From positions 1 to 10,402 of the forward strand of contig NW_021827405.1 of the NCBI RefSeq assembly GCF_006345805.1: DNA of 10,402 nt, given 5' to 3'. Numbering within the stretch: position 1 is the stretch's first letter; each line of letters begins with the position of its first letter. Of this stretch, positions 1-7,752 are shown in pieces. The notes under the pieces are model-generated. The model was not told the origin of the DNA and did no database searches. It saw nothing but the letters and a program-made list of their open reading frames with translations. Origin of the DNA: Octopus sinensis. Its lineage: Eukaryota. The position numbers were made by a program, and so were the translations under genes.

Positions 1-586
1 GTCCAAACAACGTCATCAGAATTTGTTCTTTAAAAGAACGTCTTTATTTCTCTGTCTGTCTGCCTTTTTGTCTCTCTCTCTCTCCCCTCTCAGTAGGGGG
101 TTATCTTGAAAGAAAAGACATTCCTTCAGAATAAATGGGGAACCGTTAGTAGTAACATCTGAATAACGTTATACTTTCACTACAAGTAAAGCGGCGCTGC
201 ACGTTTTATAAATCACTAAGTGCGACATGTTTAGTGTGTGTGGTGTGTGTGCGCGCGCGCGTTTCAGAAAAACGGGGGTAAGGTTGAAAGACAGAACGAG
301 CGAGAGTGAGACAAGAGACCAGAGAGCAAGAAAATATTGAAAATGTTTAACACAAATACTAAATGCGAGTTTCAAGTTTATACGTTAATATAGTAAACAC
401 GTTTTCACTCACTCATTCTCTCTTTCTCTAGTGTGTGTGTGTGAGTGCGTATTTACTTTCGTACATGTTTTTATGTACAGTTATACATAAAAGCAGTTAG
501 ACATTAAATGAAGGAGGATCTAGTCGATTTGGCTGGATCTAAGTCTATTCAAATTGATTTAATTTTCAATGTATTGATACACTTTT

Positions 587-778
587 ATTGGCTAATGAAG
601 GCCGTGAAATTATCTTCGCTATAAATCAATAAATAGTTATTAGCAATTAAAGTTTGAAATTTCAGCCAATCGTGTGCCACAGACACATTCATGCCCGTTT
701 CCATAGTAACAAGGGGAACATGAGACCACTTTTGTTTGCGAGAAAACATGTGTCTGTTTCCATAATAACAAGCGGAAC
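587..778. promoter_or_regulatory. Promoter-like motif cluster in the Merlin 5' arm: two CCAAT boxes and two RFX X-box-like motifs in a 23-bp direct repeat
   Basis: ATTGG 587-591 and CCAAT 666-670. GTTTCCATAGTAAC 697-710 and GTTTCCATAATAAC 756-769 lie within the repeat GTTTCCATAGTAACAAGGGGAAC / GTTTCCATAATAACAAGCGGAAC (21/23). Function untested. Confidence 0.35.
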
Positions 779-1024
779 CGAGAACTCTTTTATCTGCGTG
801 TTGACAAATATACTGAAACAACTTTTGTTAATCCGAAAGATGGTATCCACACTCAACAAGGAGAGAGTGCGTGGTCCTCTGTGAAGCGAGGTAATAAACA
901 ACGCTGTGGCACTCACCGTTCTGTGGTAGATTTATATCCCTGTGAATTTATGTGGCGCAGGAGATACATAAATTGTGATTTGCTTGAGAAATTGATTGAA
1001 TGTATTTCTAACTTTCGTTTTTAA
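770..1024 (+). pseudogene. Merlin (ISXO2-like / DDE_Tnp_IS1595) transposase C-terminal remnant
   Basis: Frame +2 is open from 710 to TAA at 1022-1024, with no upstream ATG. 824-1021 reads FVNPKDGIHTQQGESAWSSVKRGNKQRCGTHRSVVDLYPCEFMWRRRYINCDLLEKLIECISNFRF. This matches the Merlin pattern FVDPxTGxHTQxIESxW...YLxEFMWR, with the third catalytic residue E at 863-865. N-terminus and the two catalytic D motifs are absent. Confidence 0.82.
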
Positions 1025-1327
1025 TTTCAAAAATATTTTGCAGTGTGTTGCTTATTGCATGCTTAAATGTTTGCTTTTTAAGCATATTTTGCTTACACTT
1101 TTACTTTCATATATAACATCTAAATGTGTACATCTTTAGAACATTGTCATTTTATAAGATTTTGCTGGCAAATTTTTTAATTAACAAACATTTATTTACA
1201 TGAAAGAAAATTACTGGAGAACTTCATCTAATTCTTCCAAATCTTTCATTTAAAACCGTATTGAAACCATTTGTGGGGAAAATTGTAATATGTTTATCGC
1301 ATGTAACGTGTTGTTCATCGCATTTGT

Positions 1328-1470
1328 ATTAAATGCATATTGAATGCTTAAAACTACTTGTTTACTAATTTCTTTTTGTCATCGAAGTGGTTGTGAAGTG
1401 TGCTAAAAATAACAGCTAAATAATGTTTCTTGGATAAATCATTAAATGCATATTGAATGCTTCAAACTAC
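1328..1470 (+). repeat. 30-bp internal direct repeat in the Merlin 3' arm
   Basis: ATTAAATGCATATTGAATGCTTAAAACTAC (1328-1357) vs ATTAAATGCATATTGAATGCTTCAAACTAC (1441-1470), 29/30. Both are followed shortly by TTGTTTAC. Confidence 0.9.
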
Positions 1471-1842
1471 AAAACACGTTGTTTACAAATATTGAAAACA
1501 TGTACTATTTTCAGAATGTTGACAACAAAATGTGCAGTCACGCACAAAATGACTGTTTCCTAACTGAATGAAAATGATCAAATTTTAAACCTCTATAACT
1601 TTTTAAAACATTTTTTTCTGGCAAAAGTGAAATAACTTCAGCAATTCAGTTTGGAAAAGTATATTAATGTGCCAAATTTAAAAATTTTCGATAAGCTCTA
1701 ATTTTCGAAATGCTTGGCAGCCAAACCAACTAGACCCAATGAAGGATTCATTTTTCTTAAGGAGACCATCAAATATATTTTCAATGAAAATGTTGACCGA
1801 AACGTCGAAAAAATTCGTTAATCGTTGGTTTCGTCACAGTCA

Positions 1843-1924
<82 letters not shown>
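1843..1924. repeat. (TA)n microsatellite
   Basis: Near-perfect TA run with two single-base phase slips. Confidence 0.95.
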
Positions 1925-2035
1925 GTATTATTATTGGCAGGGCTTACTGCTAGAGTCGGCCGTATGCTAGAAATAGACCATCAACGATCAAACTACAAGG
2001 AATTAAAATTAATATTAATTTATCTCCCTCATTTT

Positions 2036-2038
<3 letters not shown>

Positions 2039-2123
<85 letters not shown>
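2039..2123. repeat. (TA)n microsatellite
   Basis: Near-perfect TA run. Confidence 0.95.
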
Positions 2124-2589
2124 GAATATGTTATTTTGGTAATGTAAGCAAAAGAGATCCAGAGTGGGTAATTAAATCTCACTCAGATAATACTTGACAG
2201 AAAAACAAGTGATTGCATCTGGATACAACATTTCACGATTCGTCAGCCTAATTTAGTTGACAAAGAACAACGGTATTTAGAGCGGAAGGTATCTCATCTG
2301 AAACCCATGCGACAGGACCAGAGTGAGCAGCGGTATACAATATACACACAGAAACACACACACACACATAAGACAGAGTTTGTGTGTGTGTGTGTGTGTG
2401 TGTGTGCACGCGCGCGTATGTTCCTTACGGATTCGAAAACTGAGTTGCAAATTTTGACGTATGAGTTATGAAAAGATTCAGTAATCTTTCGCCTACTAAA
2501 TGAAGTATGCTTTTGCACAACTAATTTTCCTACAAAAATAACCTCGTAAACGTGGTCGGATCACACAATTTTGAGGTCTTTAGCTAAGG

Positions 2590-2774
2590 GAGGCAACTCT
2601 GCCTCAACAATCTTTATGACTTAGCGCATAATGAGAAAATGTTTAAAATACACGGAGTTTTGCCAGGGAATGAAAATTCGAAGATATACCGTCAACTTTA
2701 TTAATATTGTTTAGCAGATAAGCTTTTAATGTGAACTATGTTTGTCTGTGTTTTGTTTAGCCAAGAGTTGCCTC
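2590..2774. mobile_element. Candidate degenerate MITE (~185 bp)
   Basis: Perfect 11-bp inverted repeat GAGGCAACTCT (2590-2600) / AGAGTTGCCTC (2764-2774), extendable inward by about 10 bp (8/10 with one gap). Non-coding AT-rich interior. No clear TSD. Confidence 0.4.
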
Positions 2775-2919
2775 TGATGTAGCATACCATCGCATAGTTT
2801 GATTTTTAAAAAATTTTCTTCCTGAAATACTGTAAATTTGTGTCTTTCTTTTAAGGAAAGGTCGTGTTTTAAGAGAAATTTTGCCGCTATTTGTAGTAAC
2901 TCAAGTTACCAGAGACACT

Positions 2920-3028
2920 TGTGTGTGTGCGCGCGCACGCGCGCGTGTGTGTGCGTATATGGGTATATATGTGTGTATATGTATATGTACATGCATACAT
3001 ACATAATACATACATACATATATATATA

Positions 3029-3064
<36 letters not shown>
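2920..3064. repeat. Compound (TG)n-(CG)n-(TA)n microsatellite
   Basis: Alternating purine-pyrimidine tract TGTGTGTGTGCGCGCGCACGCGCGCGTGTG... grading into (TA)n. Confidence 0.9.
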
Positions 3065-3703
3065 TGACCGAATGAGTGAAGTGGGAGAATAGATGTTTTT
3101 CCACTAGTCCACACAGCTGTTCCGTAGCGCGTGTAAGTTCATAAAAAGACACTACATCATCCATCAAAACACATGTAAAGTGAATATGCATATGCATATA
3201 TATATACACATACGGCTATAAAATATAATCGTGCTGGGAAATAACTAACAGAACATTTCATGAAAGGATAAAACACCAGACTCTGCTATAAATAGCAAAT
3301 AGTTTCATTATAATATCACAGACAATATATGTATTCGACAGATTTTACTCTTTACAAATACTAGAAATATCATATATGGAATGTATAATGAAGTGATGAC
3401 AATAGACAAGTACAATAAGATTTTAAAATGAGATAAAATAAGAAAGAATAAGTTTATCACAATGATTACCTTTAAATACTGAGAGATGTTTGACTGTCCC
3501 TCAGTATTTAAATGAATAAACCATACGATAAGAAACAAAGAATAATATAAATAAAAGAATAAACAAACAAATAAATAGAAGGGAGTAAATGAATGGAGAA
3601 AATGATGTGATGAAAAATAAAAATAAGGGCTTAATATCGAGATTGGAAGCCAGTTTTGTTAAAAGCAGAGTATTTGTTTTTGTAGAGGAATTTAGGTACC
3701 TCG

Positions 3704-3836
3704 AATAATGATGATGATGATGATGATGATGGTGATGTGGAGGAGGAAGAGGAGGAGGAGGAGGAGGAGGAGAAGAAGTAGAAGAAGGAGGAGAAGATGA
3801 ACAATGAAGAAGGAGAAGGAGAAGAATGAAGAAGAA

Positions 3837-3868
<32 letters not shown>

Positions 3869-3875
3869 AGAAGAA
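3704..3875 (+). repeat. Compound trinucleotide repeat (AAT)-(GAT)n-(GAG)n-(GAA)n
   Basis: In-phase series of purine-rich triplets. It generates the poly-E/poly-S/poly-L pseudo-ORFs. Confidence 0.92.
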
Positions 3876-4168
3876 TTGGATATCGAAACCAACAAGATGT
3901 GGAATTTGGAGACTAAAATAATTGTGGTGATTGGAGCACTAGGCTTCAGGAAGGATGGCATGGAAAAGTTTGGCAATTATATTTCGAGCAGCATCAATAC
4001 ATATGCAGTTTAGAAGATCGCATTAGTTGTAACAGCTTACATTGTTACGGAGAGTGCAGTAAATTTACATCTTTCCTTTCAGGCTTATTAGTTTGGACCT
4101 GGCATTACAGCATGTAAGAATAGGAAGTACAAAGTGAACAAGCAACAACAACTATAAGAATAAGAATT
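3873..4168 (+). mobile_element. 5'-truncated R4/Dong-like non-LTR retrotransposon (RLE C-terminus + 3' UTR)
   Basis: 3873-4062 reads ELDIETNKMWNLETKIIVVIGALGFRKDGMEKFGNYISSSINTYAV*KIALVVTAYI/LRRVQ*. This matches the recalled R4/Dong C-terminal pattern DLxIEIxRMWxLKT..PVVIGALG...ELQKIALLGTAHILRRVL, with a TAG (4011-4013) at the Q and one frameshift. It ends in a degenerate (AAC)/(AAT)-type tail near 4137-4168. Confidence 0.78.
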
Positions 4169-4488
4169 AAAACTTAAGTCAAATTAATGGTCTAAAGAAT
4201 AATTAACGTATGTTACTTCCAAGAATTAATCTTTAATCCCAAAACGTTAACAGTCTCGCAAAACGATAAACAATCAGAACTTACAAGGAAAATAAGGTGG
4301 ACATTATTGTTCACTATTATATATATAAATAAGAAAGCAAAAACATTTATTTATTCTTTTTTTTTTTTTTCAATGTAAATATTGCCTATAAAATTACGAA
4401 TAGATGGAGAATTCACCCTGGTTGTGATTACCACATTAAGAACATGGAAATTCCATGGCAACACCATAACAATGTATAAGCATTTACG

Positions 4489-4489
<1 letters not shown>

Positions 4490-4532
<43 letters not shown>

Positions 4533-4539
4533 GTGTGTG
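4490..4539. repeat. (TG)n microsatellite
   Basis: About 25 TG units with one CG interruption. Confidence 0.95.
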
Positions 4540-4764
4540 AATTATACACTTTCAGTAATATATCTTTTAGTTTATAAAATGACTTGATACCCTACATGAG
4601 AAAATTAAGTATCCAGTATTTTCTCCAACAGAATAACGTGTATTTCACGTGGTAATCTCCGTGGAACTCTAAATTTAATAGTGGCAGTCGTATATTTATT
4701 TGTATACACAAGACACATTACACCACACTAGACTAGACTACACTACACACACACTTTTCGGAAA

Positions 4765-5085
4765 TCAACCAAATTAAGATGGATTTATGTAAAGTCATGA
4801 GATAGAGTGAGTGACAACTTAATTCTAATTCTAAAAGTCCCTAAGTGTATAGCCAGCTCCAGTTTCATAATCGAAGGAGTATCATAGGAAGATCATGGCT
4901 AGATACAAGGATAATCTCAAAGCTAATCTAAAAGTAGCAAAGATTTCCCATGGAGACATTTTGGAAAAAAACTCTATTGAAATGCATCAATGGATGTTAG
5001 TTAACTTGCTATGAACCTATAAAGAGATATCAATTAGGCCGTCTGGATTATCTTAAAGAAAGAAAGAGCAAAGACAGTCTCGAAC
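4765..5085 (+). mobile_element. Decayed RTE-clade (BovB/RTE-X-like) LINE ORF C-terminal fragment
   Basis: Frameshifted peptides in the expected order: LRWI (4774-4785), KVPK (4834-4845), YSQLQFHNRRSIIGRSW (4848-4898), RYKDNLKANLK (4901-4933), and later RLDYLKERKSK. These match the RTE pattern QLRWxGHV...R(I/L)PKxxxYxxL...GRPxLRYKDxLKxNLK. Confidence 0.65.
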
Positions 5086-5141
5086 TAACATGCCAGTCAC
5101 TTCGTGTAATAATCGTGTCTTATGTCCAATAATATATAGAA

Positions 5142-5348
5142 ATGTGTGTGTGTGTGTGTGCATTTCCTACAACAGCTTTACAACTGCTATTGCAAAGTTT
5201 ATGTCCCCCGTAACTTAGCAGTTCGGCAAAGACATCGATAGAATATATATTAGTACTTAAAAAATAAGTACTGGGGTCAATTTGTTCGACTAACCTCTTC
5301 CAGGCGGTGCCTCAGCATGGCCGCAGTTCAAAGACTGAAACACGTTAA

Positions 5349-5352
<4 letters not shown>
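5142..5352 (+). mobile_element. 3' half of a microsatellite-containing SINE (family C here)
   Basis: (TG)n followed by GTCCCCCGTAACTTAGCAGTTCGGCAAA...AAGTACTGGGGTCAATTTGTTCGACTAA...GGCGGTGCCTCAGCATGGCCGCAG...GACTGAAAC. An inverted homologue lies at 9706-9780 (32/37 core identity). Resembles an abundant octopus SINE as recalled from memory. Confidence 0.7.
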
Positions 5353-5381
<29 letters not shown>

Positions 5382-5384
<3 letters not shown>

Positions 5385-5470
5385 AGAGTTCACGAAAAAA
5401 AAACAAAAGACGAAGACAGGTGGTGTATAAAACAAACAGATGTATTAGTATAACGCTCAGGAATAGAAAC
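5382..5470 (-). repeat. Interspersed repeat end fragment (possibly Penelope-associated)
   Basis: GGAGAGTTCACG(A)nCAAAAGACGAAGACAGGTGGTGTATAAAACAAACAGATGTATTAGTATAACGCTCAGG abuts a (TA)n tract. Resembles a recalled octopus repeat. Family assignment unverified. Confidence 0.35.
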
Positions 5471-5715
5471 GATGTTTATGCAGATACGATGAGGTGTATA
5501 TAGATGACTATTTCTTTCGTGGTTACTGTCGCAAAATGCATTAAAGATTCTCTTGACATAATAGTAAGACGGCCTTTAGTATACAAGAACGTTAACCAGC
5601 ACGGTCATATAAAAACTGACAAGAGGTCACCACTATAAGTTTCTTAAACATCTGGATGCTATTGATAAAAAAAAAAACTGTAAGAAGAATAGATGCATAC
5701 GAAAAGAAGATAAAG

Positions 5716-6152
5716 TATACACAAACATACACATATACATACATACACACATACACACACACACACACACATATATATACATACATATATACATATATAT
5801 ATACATAAATATATATATACATACATATATATATATGTACATATATATACATACATGTATATATACATACATACATATATATATATATTCATATATAAGT
5901 ACGTATATATTTGTATGTTTATATACGTATATATATATATACATGCATGTATATATATATGTACATATATATGTATATATTATATATAATATATATATGT
6001 ATGCATATATATGCATGTGTACATATATGTGTATGCATATATATGTATGTTTATATATATGTTTATATATGTATATATATGTATGTATGTATATATCTAT
6101 GTAATATATGTATGTATATATATATATAATATTATATATATATATATATGTG

Positions 6153-6200
<48 letters not shown>

Positions 6201-6318
6201 TATATACATATATATATAAACATACATAAATACATATACATATATATATAGATATATACATACACTTATACATGCATTACATACATACACACACATATAT
6301 ATACACATACATATAATG

Positions 6319-6367
<49 letters not shown>
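5716..6367. repeat. ~650-bp compound (TA/CA/TG)n microsatellite
   Basis: Almost pure alternating purine-pyrimidine sequence: CA-rich about 5720-5880, TG-rich about 5900-6150, CA-rich about 6190-6355. Source of seven spurious Y/I/M/C/V-rich ORFs. Confidence 0.95.
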
Positions 6368-6368
<1 letters not shown>

Positions 6369-6775
6369 AAGCCACAAAGCAAGAAACAAATAAGAAAAAT
6401 TAAACCAAACATTTATTCTCGTATCGAAAAGAAAAATAAATGTAGTAACAAAATATTTGTATTGAATGAATGCTTACGGTAATAGGAATAGATATATTTT
6501 GTGGTTTAAAAGAAAAAATATTGAATAAAAGAATATACAAATAAAACAACGAAATATTTTCCTGTTTACCGAAAGGGGAAAAAAAACCGAGACCTCACTC
6601 CTCTGAATGTACATCAAAAGCAACCTCTTCACAAGAGACCAAGAGGCTAAAAATCGCTTGTGCGCCTGTTGATATGACTTCTACGTAATCAAAGGACAAG
6701 TGTTTAATAAACACACTAGGAGAGTGTGTAGAGTTGGGTGTTATATGCGATATTTATATTACAGTATCTATATCA

Positions 6776-7043
6776 ATGTGGAGGCGCGTGGCTTAGTGGT
6801 TAGGGTGTCAGCATCATGATCGTAAGATCGTCGTTTCGATTCCTGGACCGGACGACACGTTGTGTTCTTGAGCAAAACACTTAATTTCACGTTCCACCAG
6901 TCCACTCAACTGGCAAAAATGAGTAACGCTGCGATGGACTGGCATCCCGTCCAGCTGGGGAACACATATGCCATATAGAAACCGGGAAACCGGGCCCATG
7001 AGCCTGGCTAGGCTTTAAAAGGGCGCATTTATTTTATTTATTC
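6776..7043 (+). mobile_element. Full-length tRNA-derived SINE (family A), young copy with 11-bp TSD
   Basis: Pol III A box TGGCTTAGTGG 6789-6799 and B box GTTTCGATTCC 6833-6843. CORE-like segment GTGTTCTTGAGCAAAACACTTAA. Motif TGCGATGGACTGGCATCCCGTCCAG. (TTTA)n tail. Perfect TSD TATCTATATCA at 6765-6775 and 7044-7054. Confidence 0.9.
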
Positions 7044-7052
7044 TATCTATAT

Positions 7053-7280
7053 CATTATACTGGTTTCAAACTTTGGCACAAGACCAGAAAATTCGGGGTG
7101 TGGTGGGAAGGTGGTAAGTCGATTACATCGACCCCAGTGCTCATTTTATCGACACAGAAAGGGTGAAGTGCAAAGTCGATCACGGCGGAATTTGAACACA
7201 GAACGCAAAGACGGACGATATGCCGCTATGCATTTAGCCCGACGTGCTAACGATGCTTCCAGCCCCCCCCCCCCCGCCTT
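7053..7280 (-). mobile_element. tRNA-derived SINE (family B), near full length
   Basis: Minus strand begins AAGGC(G)nCTGGAAGCATCGTTAGCAC. B-box-like GTTCAAATTCC (7197-7187). Body ...GTCGATAAAATGAGCACTGGGGTCGATGTAATCGAC...CTTGTGCCAAAGTTTGAAACCAG. Homologous copies at 7290-7390 and 9505-9652. Confidence 0.78.
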
Positions 7281-7289
7281 AATTCGTAC

Positions 7290-7390
7290 CATTATACTGA
7301 TTTCAAATGTTTGGCACAAGACCAGCAGTTTTGGGTAAGGGGCTAGCTAAGTTGATTACATCGACCCCAGTGTTCAACTGGTATTTATTA
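7290..7390 (-). mobile_element. SINE family B, 3' fragment in tandem with the previous copy
   Basis: CATTATACTGATTTCAAATGTTTGGCACAAGACCAG...GATTACATCGACCCCAGTG repeats 7053-7139 (CATTATACTGGTTTCAAACTTTGGCACAAGACCAG...GATTACATCGACCCCAGTG). Confidence 0.8.
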
Positions 7391-7482
7391 AACTGTCTTA
7401 ATCAATACCATTATATTGAAATATATTTTTATTTGTATTTAGTACTTGATTTCTTGAATCAGTGAAATATACTTAACATTTT

Positions 7483-7680
7483 AGTGAGCTGTATTGCTAA
7501 AAAGTAGTTTGCTCCCCCAACGAGAGGGTTTCGAGTTCAGGCTACACTGCGTGCTACATTGGTCTTGTACTCTAGCGCCAAACTGACCAATGCCTTCTGA
7601 GTGAATTTGATAGGCGGAAACCATAAAAGTCCGTCGCATGTATTTACGTATGCATGTATATGTGTAGGCATATCTATCCG
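7483..7680 (+). mobile_element. Degenerate 5' half of SINE family C, running into its internal microsatellite
   Basis: tRNA-like head remnant (GAGCTGTATTGCTAA...GAGTTCAGGCTACACTGCGTG), then ACCAATGCCTTCTGAGTGAATTTGATAGGCGGAAAC...CCGTCG, then TA/TG repeats. Link to family C rests on a recalled consensus. Confidence 0.55.
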
Positions 7681-7716
7681 TCTGTTTGTCTCTCTCTCTC
7701 TCTCTCTCTCTCACTC

Positions 7717-7751
<35 letters not shown>

Positions 7752-7752
<1 letters not shown>

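Larger units (their letters stand above)
516..1737 (+). mobile_element. Non-autonomous (internally deleted) Merlin / IS1016-like DNA transposon, 1222 bp
   Basis: Left TIR 516-535 GGATCTAGTCGATTTGGCTG vs reverse complement of right TIR 1718-1737 GGGTCTAGTTGGTTTGGCTG (17/20). Perfect 9-bp direct repeat AATGAAGGA immediately outside both ends (507-515, 1738-1746). Internal ISXO2/IS1595-like transposase remnant. 5'-GG termini and 8-9 bp TSDs are established Merlin hallmarks. Confidence 0.87.

Noticed and set aside
585-916. Three listed ORFs inside the Merlin element
   Set aside because: Wrong frames or strand. The meaningful peptide is in frame +2 (710-1024).
516-1737. Mutator/MULE assignment based on the 9-bp TSD and G-rich termini
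   Set aside because: The internal peptide (HTQxxE.xW, EFMWR) is IS1595/Merlin-type, not MULE.
1780-1815. Second hammerhead-like string TTTTCAATGA...CCGAAACGTCGAAAA
   Set aside because: GAAACGTC and a possible stem I are present, but there is no CUGANGA box and no stem II. Too weak to call.
2172-2370. ATG-poor open frame (DCIWIQHFTIRQPNLVDKEQRYLERKVSHLKPMRQ...)
   Set aside because: No recognisable homology or convincing splice sites. Length is compatible with chance.
3130-3170. PBX-HOX-like (TGATGGAT) and posterior HOX-like (TTTTATGA) sites on the minus strand, and TGATTTAT near 206-215
   Set aside because: Short motifs expected by chance in AT-rich DNA, with no conservation data.
2838-3209. 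Three ORFs of 75-102 aa
   Set aside because: Microsatellite-derived low-complexity translations.
3692-4013. Poly-S/L ORF (minus) and poly-E ORF (plus) as host genes
   Set aside because: Explained by a trinucleotide repeat fused to a retrotransposon fragment.
5592-6389. Seven overlapping ORFs up to 210 aa rich in Y/I/M/C/V
   Set aside because: Translations of a TA/CA/TG microsatellite, which lacks stop codons. Not genes.
6620-6730. Small hairpins and a CTAG suggesting a Helitron 3' end
   Set aside because: AT-rich short stems, wrong spacing, and no matching 5' TC end or A|T insertion site.
6780-6855. tRNA gene
   Set aside because: A and B boxes are present, but they continue into a SINE body, tail and TSD. 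This is a SINE head.
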